Shown here one piece after another: positions 30,563-41,346 of a stretch of DNA of 64,000 nt. Every line of letters starts with the position of its first letter. The stretch's first letter is position 1. The notes beneath the pieces were generated by a model. That model made no database searches and was not told the origin of the DNA. It worked only from the letters and a program-made list of their open reading frames with translations. Source of the stretch: an uncultured Actinomycetota bacterium (GTDB lineage: Bacteria; Actinomycetota; Actinomycetes; JAHEKZ01). The translations under genes were made by a program, and so were the position numbers. Where the stretch lies: assembly GCA_963829525.1 (NCBI GenBank), contig CAWHIJ010000003.1:2592001-2656000 (forward strand), given 5' to 3'.

Positions 30563-32215
30563 TCAGCGCACCGAACCAGCCTCCAACGCAGCCAGCGCCA
30601 TGAGGGCTCGAAGCGACAGCTCGTAGTCCGCCATCGGTGCACTCATCGCGTCCCCGATGATCTCCAGCAACCAGCCCTCACCGTCAGGGTCGGTGATGCC
30701 GGCCATCAACAGCGTTGTGGCTCCAATGCCATCCAGCATCGCCAGCTCTGCAGGATCGGTATCGGGATCGCCAGCATGGAGTGCAACCACACGACCGTCG
30801 AGCGCAAAGGCGGTCTGCGGGTAGTCGGTAAGCCTGTACTCGTTGCCCACATCAGAGGTGAGTTCCTCGCCAGGTCGTGATGGGTCACGGTGGATGGCGT
30901 GCCGGACGGTGCGGACAACACCCCTCTCCAGGTCAGCCCGCGAGATCCACCATCCCAACGGATGACACTGCTCAGCCACCTCCTCGGCCACAAGGATCAA
31001 CCGATCCTCGACCCCTCGGTCGCGAGCATCATCCAGCGCGGACATGCCGCCACGAAGCAACCGCGCGGTATCGGAGAGGTCGCGACCGCGGAACATCCGG
31101 CGGTCAGCTGCGGCAATGGGAGCCTGGCCAGCCTGATGGGCTGCGACCCCGGCCGGCAACCCTCGCCCTGCGACGATCGGGACCGTCGCTCGACTTCGCT
31201 TGGCCCGGTACTGCGCCGCATCAGCAAGACGAAAGAGACGGCCCGCGGTACCGACTTCGCCGACGTCGTCATCAGTCGATGCGACACCACACGACACACC
31301 CTCAAGGGGAGAACGCAGCACCAGACGGCAAAGCTCGTGGGCCGCCTCCACAACTAGGTCAGCTGAGACATCGGAGACCACGATGCAGAACTCGTCGCCG
31401 CCGAGCCTCGCAGCCACTGCCCCCGGCAAAGACGAAGCTGCCGAGCCGAGCATCCCCGCGAAGCGAATGAGGGCCCGATCTCCTGCATCGTGGCCCTGCT
31501 CGTCGTTGATCCGCTTCAGACCATTGAGGTCACACACGATCAGGCTCACCGACGCCTGATCCGACCGGTGCCGGCTCATCGCGATGTCCAGGTTCTCGTC
31601 GACGGCACGGCGGTTGCCGATTCCGGTAAGCGGATCTGTGTGCGCCATCCGGTCGACGTTGTCGAGATGGTCGGCGGTCGCCAGAGCGGCACCGATCTGC
31701 GCTGCCACGACTAGGGCGAGGTCAATGTCGGCCTCATCGAAACACGGTTGGTCTGCGGTGCGAGACAGGAAGAGCTCGCCCCAGATCCGACCGTCCATCG
31801 GAATGGGAGCGCCAACGCTGCAGTGTTTGTCGAGGTCGCGCAGAAGTTGGACGTCGGCGTCGTCTGGGTCACCGTCATCGAGGTTCGTTGCCCACCCGGT
31901 CAGCTGGTCAGCGAGCACCTGGAGGTGCACGTAGGTATCAGCGGAGTAGATCTCGTCGACTGGATCGGATACCTCTCTAGGCCCAAGTAGTCCGTCGTTG
32001 AGGAGGACGCGCACCTGACCAAGCTCGGCGTCCCAGCGCGAGATCGAGACCGATGCCGCACCCAGGGCCTCGCGCGCGGAACCGGCAGCTTGTCTGAGAA
32101 GGTCAGCCTCACTCCCCGCCCACGCAGCCCTGGCGATCTCGGCGAGCGCACCAAGACGCGTCGCGACATTCTCGCGACGCGCGGTCTCAAGGCGTGGCTC
32201 ATGGCCGACCGTCAT
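30563..32215 (-). CDS. GAF-GGDEF diguanylate cyclase with extra C-terminal GAF-like domain (paralog 1)
   Basis: DPLTGIGNRR, DLNGLKRIND..GHDAGD, RLGGDEF, LADAAQYRAK; RBS AAGGAGG. Confidence 0.9.
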   Translation of the reverse strand: MTVGHEPRLETARRENVATRLGALAEIARAAWAGSEADLLRQAAGSAREALGAASVSISRWDAELGQVRVLLNDGLLGPREVSDPVDEIYSADTYVHLQVLADQLTGWATNLDDGDPDDADVQLLRDLDKHCSVGAPIPMDGRIWGELFLSRTADQPCFDEADIDLALVVAAQIGAALATADHLDNVDRMAHTDPLTGIGNRRAVDENLDIAMSRHRSDQASVSLIVCDLNGLKRINDEQGHDAGDRALIRFAGMLGSAASSLPGAVAARLGGDEFCIVVSDVSADLVVEAAHELCRLVLRSPLEGVSCGVASTDDDVGEVGTAGRLFRLADAAQYRAKRSRATVPIVAGRGLPAGVAAHQAGQAPIAAADRRMFRGRDLSDTARLLRGGMSALDDARDRGVEDRLILVAEEVAEQCHPLGWWISRADLERGVVRTVRHAIHRDPSRPGEELTSDVGNEYRLTDYPQTAFALDGRVVALHAGDPDTDPAELAMLDGIGATTLLMAGITDPDGEGWLLEIIGDAMSAPMADYELSLRALMALAALEAGSVR

Positions 32216-32235
32216 CAAACCCCTCCTTCCCAGTT

Positions 32236-32265
32236 CTATCGGCCCCCTTGGCAGCCACCCTTGAG
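32236..32265 (-). promoter_or_regulatory. Putative sigma-28-like promoter
   Basis: CTCAAG-N16-GCCGATAG just upstream of the RBS of DGC paralog 1. Confidence 0.55.
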
Positions 32266-32352
32266 AAGGAATCAGGACCGAGTTGATCATTTCGAGGTCC
32301 CGCCGGAACAGCGGGAAGGGCAATCTGTCCGCGAGCCCTGGCGCGAGGTGGG

Positions 32353-33993
32353 CTAGGGACGGCTCAGCGCGGCAGCGACGAGCACGCGCAGCAGCGTGAC
32401 CAGGTCACGCTCTGGACCACTCAAGGTGTCTGTGTAGACCTCGACGAGCCAACGGTCGCCTCTGTCGTCCTGCCCGCCAGCCCCCACCACAGCGACAGCC
32501 ACGAGATCATCGAGGATCGCCAGCTCAGCAGCGTCCGCCCCCGGATCGTCGGCGCGCACCGTGAATGCACCGCCACGGAGTGCCTGCTGGGTCGAGGGGT
32601 ATTCAGAGATCAGGAAGCGCGAGCCAACCTCGTCGGCAAGTTCTTCTTGAGTGAGGCCTGGAAGCGCACGGTATATGGCGTACTCCACCGTGACGACTTC
32701 GTGCTCACCGGCCAGCATGTGCGAGAGCCACCAACCGACGGCGTCCAGGTGATGACTCACCAGGTCGGCGACCAGTCCGAGCCGCACTCGGGCCGGTTGT
32801 TCGGCCGCGTCGTCCAAGGCCCGCAGTGCGGCATCCAGAAGCTGGAGCGGCTCAGGGTGCTGAGCTCCCCGGCGTAGACGTCGTTCCTGAGACGAGACGG
32901 AGGCCTCAGCCGCCAAGGACGTTGAAGCCTCGACGGGAAGCGGCCTTCCGGCGACGACCGGGCGACGTGACCCAGTGCGTTTGGCCCGGTACTGGGCGGC
33001 GTCCGCCAGCCGGAATAGTCGTTTGTCATGGTCGACCGTCCCAGCTGCGTCGCCGGTGCTCGCCACCCCCACCGCCGCGCCGTGAGGCAACTCACGCCAG
33101 ACCCGGGAGCACACTTCCTCGGCGAAGACGACCAGCTCGTCCGGTGCGCGGCCAGCCACGACAACTGCGAACTCATCGCCGCCGAGCCGAGCCACGACAG
33201 CTTCGGGGAGCAGCTGGAGCGCAACTTCGAAGAGTATCGAGGCCATGTCCCGCAGCACTCGATCGCCGGCCTCGTGGCCGTGATGGTCGTTGACGTCTTT
33301 CAAGCCGTTGATGTCGCACACGATGAGCCCGACTGCGGTGCCTTGTGAACGGTAGCCCTGCATCGCAGCCTGGAACCACTCATCGATCGCCAGGCGGTTT
33401 GCCAGGCCGGTCAGCGTGTCGGTATGCGCGAGCGTCTCAGCCCTGCCTAAGTGCTCAGAGGTCGCGATCGCCGCACCCACCTGCGCGGCAACAGCTACCG
33501 CGAAGTCAACGTCATCGGGCCCGTACGGAGGCTGGTCGACCGAGCGCGTCACGAAGAGTTCGCCCCACACGCGTCCGTCGAGCGGAATCGGCGCGACGAC
33601 GGCGCTGCCTTTGCCGAGCCGACGCACGAGATCGCCATATGACCCGGTCTCCTCGCTGCCGGCGGTGAAGGCCTGCTGCTGTTCCAGCAACGGGATGACG
33701 GGGGCGTAGTCCGACACGACGTAGAACTCACCTTCGGGGTCGAGCACCTCTCCTGGCCCAAGGTCGCCGTCGTTGAGGACACAGCGCAGCCGGGTGTGCT
33801 CGGGCTCCCAGATGCTCAACGAGACCGAAACCCCGTCCAGCGCGGCCATGGCGGCCAGCGAGATCCGGCGAAGGAGATCCTCACCTGCGGTGGTGGTCGC
33901 CACCCTTGCGACATCAGCGAGGCCCCTGAAGCGTGTGCCGACGACCGACGGCGCGGGTGGCGCGTCAGATCCCCGAATCACACTGGTCTCGAT
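32353..33993 (-). CDS. GAF-GGDEF diguanylate cyclase with C-terminal GAF-like domain (paralog 2; start uncertain)
   Basis: DTLTGLANR, DINGLKDVND..GHEAGD, RLGGDEF; start is ATC 33993 or GTG 33981. Confidence 0.88.
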   Translation of the reverse strand: METSVIRGSDAPPAPSVVGTRFRGLADVARVATTTAGEDLLRRISLAAMAALDGVSVSLSIWEPEHTRLRCVLNDGDLGPGEVLDPEGEFYVVSDYAPVIPLLEQQQAFTAGSEETGSYGDLVRRLGKGSAVVAPIPLDGRVWGELFVTRSVDQPPYGPDDVDFAVAVAAQVGAAIATSEHLGRAETLAHTDTLTGLANRLAIDEWFQAAMQGYRSQGTAVGLIVCDINGLKDVNDHHGHEAGDRVLRDMASILFEVALQLLPEAVVARLGGDEFAVVVAGRAPDELVVFAEEVCSRVWRELPHGAAVGVASTGDAAGTVDHDKRLFRLADAAQYRAKRTGSRRPVVAGRPLPVEASTSLAAEASVSSQERRLRRGAQHPEPLQLLDAALRALDDAAEQPARVRLGLVADLVSHHLDAVGWWLSHMLAGEHEVVTVEYAIYRALPGLTQEELADEVGSRFLISEYPSTQQALRGGAFTVRADDPGADAAELAILDDLVAVAVVGAGGQDDRGDRWLVEVYTDTLSGPERDLVTLLRVLVAAALSRP

Positions 33994-34012
33994 GGTGTTC
34001 CCTCCTCCACAC

Positions 34013-34041
34013 ACATCGGGGGACGAGAGACCGACCTTGAG
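34013..34041 (-). promoter_or_regulatory. Putative sigma-28-like promoter
   Basis: CTCAAG-N15-CCCGATGT upstream of the GGAGGAGG RBS of paralog 2. Confidence 0.5.
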
Positions 34042-34095
34042 CGTCCCGATACCGATCAACGATGGGTCATGACCGACGAGTCACGGGACGGCGAG

Positions 34096-35760
34096 TCACG
34101 AGGCGACGAGGGGGTGCAGGGCAGCCAGCACCAGCAGCCGCATCACCCCGGCCATCTCTTGGCCCTGAGTGCTCAGGTCATCGAGAAAGACCTCAACCAG
34201 CCAGCCGTCACCGTGCTCATCTGTCCCGCCTGCCGCGACGACGGCCGTCGCCTTGAGCCCGTCCAGAATGGCAACCTCTGCCGGGTCAGCCGTGGAGTCA
34301 TTGGCAGCCACGGCGTAAGAACCACCGCCGAGGGCGAACCGAGTCTGCGGGTAAGAGTCCACTTCGAAAGATCCGCTCAGCTCATCGCGCAGCTCGTCCG
34401 CTGCTATCTCCGATGGGCGTCGGTACAGGGAGAAGTCGACCGTGCGCACCGTGCCCGATGTGCTGCCCTTGAGCGATAGCCACCAGCCGACCCCATCGAC
34501 GTGATGGGTGACGAGGTCGGCGACGAGTCCCAGCCGGAACCTTGTGGTTTCGTCAGGCGCCTGATCGAGCGCACGCAGCACGGCATCGGTCAGGTGCCCA
34601 AGGGTCGACTCGTCACGGCCACGGAACATTCGGCGGTCGGGAGCCGCACTCTCGTCGGTATCGCTCAGTGAAACCGATTGGTCCGCCGGAAGCGGCCGAC
34701 CAGCGACGACCGGTACCCGTGATCTGATCCGCTTGGCCCGGTACTGGGCGGCGTCGGCCAGACGCAGCAGCCTGGCGGGGAGCTCGATCGCGCCAACGGC
34801 GTCTGTGGCCACCACCACTCCACAGGCAAGCCCGTGAGGGAGCAGCTCCCACCCCTGCCGGCACGCCTCTTCAGCACCGTCGATCAGCTGGGCGGTGTCG
34901 GGGCCGCTCACCGCGACGCAGAACTCGTCACCGCCCAGGCGAGCCACCAGCGAGTCGTCGAAGGGATGAGCAACTTCTGTCAAGATCTGTGCCAGCTGAC
35001 GAAGCACCCGATCGCCGGCATCGTGCCCCTGGTCGTCATTGATCCGTTTGAGCCCATTGAGGTCAACCACCGCAAGTCCAAGTGGCACCTGGCGGTCGCG
35101 CCACTTCACGATGGCCTGATCAAGCCACTGATCCAGAGCTCGCCGGTTTGCCAACCCTGTCATCGAGTCGGTCTGCGCCAGAGCCTCGACTCGGTTTGCG
35201 TGGTCGACACTCTCCATTGCGGCACTCACCTGGGCAGCAACAGCTGACACCCAGTCGAGATCGGACATCGTGAAGGACTCTCGCGAGTGATCACGCGAGA
35301 CGAAGAGCTCACCCCACCACTGACCGCCGTACAGCAGCGGCACACTGACGCAGCTCTTCTTCCGTAGCAGCTCGAGGTACTCCCGGTCGTCGGTGGCGAT
35401 GGTTGGGTCCTCCAAGCTGAGGACCGCACCCAGCAGGCCCTCAGCCATGCCGGCGAGCCAGGTGCTCTGGTCAGCCTCGTAAACCTCGTCCTCCGGCTCT
35501 TCTTCTTCCCACTCGACGAGATCACCGACGTTGAGGAGGACGCGTAGCACCTGACGCTCTGGATCCCAGACCCCCAAGGAAGCCGCATCGGCCTCACAGG
35601 CGCGGCAGGCCGCCAGCATGATCTGCTTGGTCGCCAGAGCCTTCGGGAGCCCCACCCCAGCACGGCCCACATCACTCAGAGCGCGCAGACGTGCCTCACT
35701 GCGCTCGCGCGCGCGAAGCGTCGCGGCGAGCGTTGATTCCCCACCCTCAGGTTCCGCCAT
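34096..35760 (-). CDS. GAF-GGDEF diguanylate cyclase with C-terminal GAF-like domain (paralog 3)
   Basis: DSMTGLANRR, DLNGLKRINDDQGHDAGD, RLGGDEF; purine-rich RBS before MAEPE. Confidence 0.9.
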   Translation of the reverse strand: MAEPEGGESTLAATLRARERSEARLRALSDVGRAGVGLPKALATKQIMLAACRACEADAASLGVWDPERQVLRVLLNVGDLVEWEEEEPEDEVYEADQSTWLAGMAEGLLGAVLSLEDPTIATDDREYLELLRKKSCVSVPLLYGGQWWGELFVSRDHSRESFTMSDLDWVSAVAAQVSAAMESVDHANRVEALAQTDSMTGLANRRALDQWLDQAIVKWRDRQVPLGLAVVDLNGLKRINDDQGHDAGDRVLRQLAQILTEVAHPFDDSLVARLGGDEFCVAVSGPDTAQLIDGAEEACRQGWELLPHGLACGVVVATDAVGAIELPARLLRLADAAQYRAKRIRSRVPVVAGRPLPADQSVSLSDTDESAAPDRRMFRGRDESTLGHLTDAVLRALDQAPDETTRFRLGLVADLVTHHVDGVGWWLSLKGSTSGTVRTVDFSLYRRPSEIAADELRDELSGSFEVDSYPQTRFALGGGSYAVAANDSTADPAEVAILDGLKATAVVAAGGTDEHGDGWLVEVFLDDLSTQGQEMAGVMRLLVLAALHPLVAS

Positions 35761-35780
35761 CGGCCCATTCTCCCCCTTGA

Positions 35781-35808
35781 TCTTCGGCGCAGCGAGCCTT
35801 CTGCTGAA
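35781..35808 (-). promoter_or_regulatory. Putative sigma-28-like promoter
   Basis: TTCAG-N15-GCCGAAGA upstream of paralog 3. Confidence 0.45.
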
Positions 35809-35897
35809 CCGTGTCTCGACCGGGTAACCCCCTTGAGGCCCCCCGTCGCTACGCTGACCGCCACCTGTAGAACTCATCTCGCGAGCTCGGAGTGGGC

Positions 35898-37526
35898 ATG
35901 GCTGCAAATCCCAGTGACTCTCCGTCCGGCCAGCCGGCTGCGACAACCGGCGTTGACCTGCACACGACAGCCGGCAAGCTCGCCCAGCTGCGCCACAAGC
36001 TCGATGAGGCCGTTCACGCCGGCTCAGCACGTGCGGTTGAAGCCCAGCACAAGCGCGGGAAACTCACTGCCAGGGAACGGGTGGAGACCTTCCTGGACCC
36101 AGGCTCATTTGTCGAGTTCGACGAGCTCGCCCGTCACCGGTCGCACAACTTCGGGATGCAGGAGAAACGTCCCTACGGTGACGGGGTCGTGACCGGTTCG
36201 GGCACCGTGGACGGACGACAGGTTTTTGTCTTCGCCCAGGACTTCACCGTGTTCGGAGGATCGCTCGGTGAGGTCTTCGGCGAGAAGATCGTCAAGGTCA
36301 TGGACATGGCGCTCAAGACAGGAGCTCCCGTCGTCGGGATGAACGACTCAGGTGGTGCTCGCATCCAGGAGGGTGTGACCTCGCTGGCCATGTACGGCGA
36401 GATCTTCTACCGCAACGTGCAGGCGTCCGGGGTGATCCCTCAGATCTCGCTGGTCATGGGCCCATGCGCCGGAGGCGCGGTCTACTCACCTGCCATCACC
36501 GACTTCATCATCATGGTCGACAAGACGTCGCACATGTTCATCACCGGACCTGAGGTCATCAAGACCGTGACCGGAGAGGACGTGGAGTTCGAAGAGCTCG
36601 GTGGCGCCAAGTCACACCAGGCCAAGAGCGGTGTCGCCCACTTCATGGCGGCCAGCGAGCAAGAGGCGCTCGAGCTCACCCAGCAGCTCCTCTCGTTCTT
36701 ACCCAGCAACAACCTCGATGAGCCCCCCGCCTTTGCCGTCGACGTCGTCGATGACGTCACCGACGATGACCTGGCCCTTGACACGTTGATCCCCGACTCG
36801 GCCAATCACCCCTATGACATGCACAAGGTCATCGAGACGATTGTCGACGACGGTGACTTCCTCGAGGTGCAGCCACTCTTCGCGCCGAACATGCTGATCG
36901 GATTCGGCCGCGTCGAGGGTCGGTCGCTCGGCGTCGTGGCCAACCAGCCGATGCAGTTCGCGGGAACCCTGGATATCGACGCATCCGAGAAGGCCGCCCG
37001 GTTCGTCCGCACCTGCGATGCGTTCAACATCCCGGTGCTGACGCTGGTTGATGTCCCGGGCTTCTTGCCCGGAACCGACCAGGAGTGGGGCGGCATCATC
37101 AGACGCGGTGCCAAGCTGATCTACGCCTACGCCGAGGCCACAGTTCCGTTGGTCACGGTGATCACCCGCAAGGCCTACGGCGGGGCGTACGACGTCATGG
37201 GGTCCAAGCACCTCGGCGCCGACATCAACCTGGCCTGGCCGACCGGTCAGATCGCCGTCATGGGTGCACAGGGAGCGGTCAACATCTTGCACCGCAAGGA
37301 GATCTCGGCGGCCACCGAGCGCGGAGAACTGGACGCGACCCGCGCCGACCTGATCGAGAGCTATGAGGACACCCTGCTCAATCCCTACCTGGCAGCCGAG
37401 CGTGGCTACATCGACGCCGTCATCGAACCCTCTGCGACTCGGGTCCAGGTGATGCGTGCCCTCCGAATGCTGCGCACCAAGCGAGCCAACCGGCCGCCGA
37501 AGAAGCACGGGAACATCCCACTGTGA
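35898..37526 (+). CDS. pccB: Acyl-CoA (propionyl-CoA) carboxylase beta subunit
   Basis: [45 protein letters not shown]. Confidence 0.95.
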   Translation: MAANPSDSPSGQPAATTGVDLHTTAGKLAQLRHKLDEAVHAGSARAVEAQHKRGKLTARERVETFLDPGSFVEFDELARHRSHNFGMQEKRPYGDGVVTGSGTVDGRQVFVFAQDFTVFGGSLGEVFGEKIVKVMDMALKTGAPVVGMNDSGGARIQEGVTSLAMYGEIFYRNVQASGVIPQISLVMGPCAGGAVYSPAITDFIIMVDKTSHMFITGPEVIKTVTGEDVEFEELGGAKSHQAKSGVAHFMAASEQEALELTQQLLSFLPSNNLDEPPAFAVDVVDDVTDDDLALDTLIPDSANHPYDMHKVIETIVDDGDFLEVQPLFAPNMLIGFGRVEGRSLGVVANQPMQFAGTLDIDASEKAARFVRTCDAFNIPVLTLVDVPGFLPGTDQEWGGIIRRGAKLIYAYAEATVPLVTVITRKAYGGAYDVMGSKHLGADINLAWPTGQIAVMGAQGAVNILHRKEISAATERGELDATRADLIESYEDTLLNPYLAAERGYIDAVIEPSATRVQVMRALRMLRTKRANRPPKKHGNIPL

Positions 37527-37765
37527 GCGGGTCAGAGGGGCAGCCGGACAACATCGCCAGGCGTCCTCGGCTGCGAGTCGTGTCTGGAGACCCGACGCCA
37601 GACGAGCTCGCTGCCCTGCTGATCGTTCTTGCCGCCCGCACCCCCGGTGACGACGCCCGCTCCGCGGCTCCCAAGCGGTCCCTTTGGGCCGCGCGCTCTC
37701 GACAGGTGCGACCATCGTTGGGAGCCGGGCCAAGCGCCTGGCGGGCATCGACGCTACCCAGATGA
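37523..37765 (+). CDS. Acyl-CoA carboxylase epsilon subunit
   Basis: [16 protein letters not shown] ... GPSAWRAS; follows pccB. Confidence 0.88.
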   Translation: MSGSEGQPDNIARRPRLRVVSGDPTPDELAALLIVLAARTPGDDARSAAPKRSLWAARSRQVRPSLGAGPSAWRASTLPR

Positions 37766-38451
37766 GGTTCGTGCTCGCCTCGGCATCGCCGGCCAGGCTG
37801 GGGCTCCTGCAGGCTGCTGGCGTCGAGCCGGAGGTCGTCGTGAGTGGCGTGGACGAGGACGCCGCCCTCGGACCTCCGGGTGAGCTCGCCCTCGTTCTGG
37901 CCGAGCACAAGGCTCGCGCCGTCGCCGACCGGCTCGCGCTCGAGGTCCACGACGCCAATTCCGGTCCGACACTGGTGCTCGGCTGCGACTCCGTCCTGGA
38001 GCGAGCTGGCGTCGCCTACGGGAAGCCGGTTGACGCGTCGGACGCCGCCGCACGTTGGCGGGAAATGCGTGGTCAGGAGGGCGTGCTGCACACCGGGCAC
38101 TGCCTGATAGCGCTCGGCCACGGGAGTTCGGGCCACGGGAGTTCGGGCCACGGGAGTTCGGGCCACAGCGGTTCAGAACACGGGGGCGCTGACCACCGCA
38201 GCATCAGCGCCTTGGCATCGGCGACAGTCCGCTTCGGTTCCCCGAGTGACGCCGAGATCGAGGCCTACGTGGCCACCGGGGAACCGCTCCGCGTCGCCGG
38301 TGGATTCACCCTCGACCGGCTCGGCGGCTGGTTCGTGGACGGAATCGACGGCGACCCTGGCACCGTCCTCGGCCTCTCCCTGCCGCTGCTCCGGCGGCTG
38401 CTGGCCGATCTAGGTGTCGAGGTCCCTTCACTGTGGGCCCGCTCTCTCTGA
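37762..38451 (+). CDS. maf: Maf family nucleoside-triphosphate pyrophosphatase
   Basis: [36 protein letters not shown]. Confidence 0.92.
   Translation: MRFVLASASPARLGLLQAAGVEPEVVVSGVDEDAALGPPGELALVLAEHKARAVADRLALEVHDANSGPTLVLGCDSVLERAGVAYGKPVDASDAAARWREMRGQEGVLHTGHCLIALGHGSSGHGSSGHGSSGHSGSEHGGADHRSISALASATVRFGSPSDAEIEAYVATGEPLRVAGGFTLDRLGGWFVDGIDGDPGTVLGLSLPLLRRLLADLGVEVPSLWARSL
38116..38175 (+). repeat. 15-bp tandem repeat (GHGSS x3 plus degenerate copy) in Maf
   Basis: ggccacgggagttcg x3, then ggccacagcggttca. Confidence 0.95.
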
Positions 38452-38578
38452 CGGGTGCGATGTCAACCCCATCCCGGTCAGCGTCAGGCACGCAGCACCC
38501 ATCCATCCACAGGGGACCAGTCCCGGCCCTAGACTGCGCCGGAACCGTCAGTCGTGAGGTTTCCCGCAAGGAGTCGCA

Positions 38579-40339
38579 GTGCGCAAGGTCTTGATCGCCA
38601 ACCGTGGCGAGATCGCTGTTCGGGTCGCACGTGCCTGTCGCGACGCCGGACTCACATCGGTGGCGATCTACGCCGACTCCGACCGCGACGCCCCACACGT
38701 GAGGGCAGCGGACGAGGCGTACGCCCTGGAGGGTGACACGCCAGCGGCGAGCTACCTCGACATGAGCAAGGTGCTTGGTGTCGCAGCGCGCGCGGGCGCT
38801 GACGCCGTACACCCCGGATACGGGTTCCTGTCCGAGAACGCCGACTTCGCCCAAGCAGTCATGGACGCCGGACTTACCTGGATCGGCCCACCGCCTGCCG
38901 CGATCAGGGCGCTGGGCGACAAGGTGCAGGCGCGGCACATCGCACAGGCGGTCGACGCTCCGCAGGTCGCCGGTACGGCCGATCCGGTGAGCGGGGCCGA
39001 CGAAGTCGTTGCTTTCGCCAAGGAGCACGGCCTCCCCATTGCGATCAAGGCCGCTTTCGGCGGCGGCGGCCGAGGGCTCAAGGTCGCCAAGACGCTCGAC
39101 GAGATCCCCGAGCTCTACGACTCCGCTGTTCGCGAGGCCGTCACCGCGTTCGGTCGGGGAGAGTGCTTCGTCGAGCGCTACCTCGACCGACCCAGGCACG
39201 TCGAGACGCAGTGTCTTGCAGACCAGCACGGCAACGTCGTTGTCGTCTCGACCCGCGACTGCTCCCTTCAGCGCCGTCACCAGAAGCTCGTCGAGGAGGC
39301 GCCGGCGCCGTTTCTTTCCCCTGAGCAGAACGCGCAGATCTACCGTGCTTCAAAGGCAATCCTGCTCAAGGCCGGCTATGTGGGAGCCGGCACGTGCGAG
39401 TTCCTCGTTGGGCAGGACGGAACCATCTCCTTCCTCGAGGTGAACACTCGCCTGCAGGTCGAGCACCCGGTCACCGAAGAGGTCACCGGCATCGACCTCG
39501 TCCGCGAGATGTTCCGCATCGCCGATGGCGAGGAACTCGGCTACAACGACCCGGCCATCCGCGGTCACTCCTTCGAGTTCCGGATCAACGGCGAAGATCC
39601 CGGCCGCGGTTTCCTGCCAGCGCCGGGTCCGGTGACGGTTTGGAGACCACCCTCAGGACCTGGCGTCCGGCTCGATGCCGGAGTCGAGCAGGGGTCGGTC
39701 ATCGGGCAGAACTTCGACTCATTGCTCGCCAAACTCGTCGTGACAGGCGCTACCCGCCAGCAGGCGGTCGAGCGCTCGCGACGCGCACTTGCCGAGTTCG
39801 AGGTCGACGGCATGGCCACCGCACTGCCCTTCCACCGTGCCGTCATGCACGACCCGGACTTCGCGCCCGACGAGCCCGAGCAGCCGTTCGCCGTCCACAC
39901 CCGTTGGATCGAGACCGAGTTCGAAAACAAGATCGAGCCATTCACCGGCGGTGGCGATACGCCGGAGTCAGCCGACCGCGAGACGGTGACCGTCGAGGTC
40001 GGTGGCAAGCGGCTCGAGGTGACGCTGCCGGCCGGTCTCGCCCTGGGCAGCAGCGCCCCTGCATCGACCGGCAGAGCGGCACCACGTCGGTCGACCAAGC
40101 GCGGCGCTGGGGCAGCGGCGTCCGGCGCCGACCTAGCCAGCCCGATGCAGGGAACCATCGTCAAGATCGCCGTCGAAGAAGGCCAGCGGGTGGAGGCCGG
40201 CGAACTCGTCGTCGTCCTGGAGGCGATGAAGATGGAGCAGCCGCTCAACGCGCACAAGGCCGGGACAATCACCGGGCTCGCCGCCGAGATCGGGCAGACG
40301 CTCGCCGCCGGCGCGATCATCTGCATGATCGCCGACTAG
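38579..40339 (+). CDS. Biotin carboxylase / biotin carboxyl carrier alpha subunit of acyl-CoA carboxylase
   Basis: [34 protein letters not shown]. Confidence 0.96.
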   Translation: MRKVLIANRGEIAVRVARACRDAGLTSVAIYADSDRDAPHVRAADEAYALEGDTPAASYLDMSKVLGVAARAGADAVHPGYGFLSENADFAQAVMDAGLTWIGPPPAAIRALGDKVQARHIAQAVDAPQVAGTADPVSGADEVVAFAKEHGLPIAIKAAFGGGGRGLKVAKTLDEIPELYDSAVREAVTAFGRGECFVERYLDRPRHVETQCLADQHGNVVVVSTRDCSLQRRHQKLVEEAPAPFLSPEQNAQIYRASKAILLKAGYVGAGTCEFLVGQDGTISFLEVNTRLQVEHPVTEEVTGIDLVREMFRIADGEELGYNDPAIRGHSFEFRINGEDPGRGFLPAPGPVTVWRPPSGPGVRLDAGVEQGSVIGQNFDSLLAKLVVTGATRQQAVERSRRALAEFEVDGMATALPFHRAVMHDPDFAPDEPEQPFAVHTRWIETEFENKIEPFTGGGDTPESADRETVTVEVGGKRLEVTLPAGLALGSSAPASTGRAAPRRSTKRGAGAAASGADLASPMQGTIVKIAVEEGQRVEAGELVVVLEAMKMEQPLNAHKAGTITGLAAEIGQTLAAGAIICMIAD

Positions 40340-40360
40340 CTGGCGGGTCAAGGAGGTTTC

Positions 40361-40969
40361 ATGGGCGTCGACTGGCCGGAACTGACGGTCGACCAGCTCG
40401 ACTGGCACTGGAACTACCAGCTGCGACCGCGTCTCGCTGGCCTGAGCGATCACGAGTACCACTGGGAGCCGGTCCCCGACTGCTGGCGCATCTGTCCAGC
40501 CGAGGCGTCGACATCGGTTCCACTCTGGGGCAGCGGACCGTTCCGCATGGAGCAGGCGGAGGGCGACCCCGATCCGGCGCCGGTCACGACCATCGCCTGG
40601 CGCATCGCCCACATCATCGTCGAGGTCTTCGGCGAACGGGTGCACTCGCATTTTGGCGGGCCAGCAGTGACGCTCGACGACTTCGCATTCGCCGGGACGG
40701 CTGAGGAGGCGCTCGCGCAGCTCGATGCTGCTCATACCGCCTGGTCTGAGGGTTCCCGCGCCCTCGGCGCCGAAGGAATGGCGCGTCCCTGCGGACCCGC
40801 CGAGGGGCCTTTTGCCGCAATGCCGTTGGCCGGTCTGGTGCTGCACATCAACCGCGAAGTCATTCACCACGGTGCCGAGATCGCCCTGCTGCGTGACCTG
40901 TACCTGCACCAGCCAAACCAGCCCTCCCCGACAGGATCGACACCTGGCGTGCGTCCGAAGGGATCCTGA
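40361..40969 (+). CDS. DinB family protein
   Basis: TTIAWRIAH, HINREVIHHGAEIALLRDLY. Confidence 0.85.
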   Translation: MGVDWPELTVDQLDWHWNYQLRPRLAGLSDHEYHWEPVPDCWRICPAEASTSVPLWGSGPFRMEQAEGDPDPAPVTTIAWRIAHIIVEVFGERVHSHFGGPAVTLDDFAFAGTAEEALAQLDAAHTAWSEGSRALGAEGMARPCGPAEGPFAAMPLAGLVLHINREVIHHGAEIALLRDLYLHQPNQPSPTGSTPGVRPKGS

Positions 40970-41346
40970 TGGCCGTCCAGCTCAACCACACCATCGTGTC
41001 GGTCCGCGACAAGCAGAAGTCCGCCAGCTTCGTCAGCGACCTGCTCGGCCTCCGATCCCCGACGACCTACGGGCCATTTCTCGTTGTCGATGTCGACAAC
41101 GGTGTGTCGTTGGACTTCTACGAGGTGCAGGACGCCATCCATCCGCAGCACTACGCGTTTCTGGTGAGCGAGAGCGAGTTCGACGAGATCTTTGGACGCA
41201 TTCGTCAACGCGATCTGCCCTACTGGGCCGATCCCGGGCAGGAGCGACTCGGCGAGATCAACACCAACGATGGAGGACGCGGGCTCTACTGGGAGGAACC
41301 GAGCGGGCATCTGCTTGAGATCATCACCCGACCGTATGGTGGCTGA
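40969..41346 (+). CDS. VOC/glyoxalase family protein
   Basis: LNHTIV, QHYAFLVSE, GGRGLY..PSGHLLEIITRPYG. Confidence 0.88.
   Translation: MAVQLNHTIVSVRDKQKSASFVSDLLGLRSPTTYGPFLVVDVDNGVSLDFYEVQDAIHPQHYAFLVSESEFDEIFGRIRQRDLPYWADPGQERLGEINTNDGGRGLYWEEPSGHLLEIITRPYGG

Noticed and set aside
35761-36030. N-terminal extension of DGC paralog 3
   Set aside because: Overlaps the divergent pccB; the RBS supports 35760
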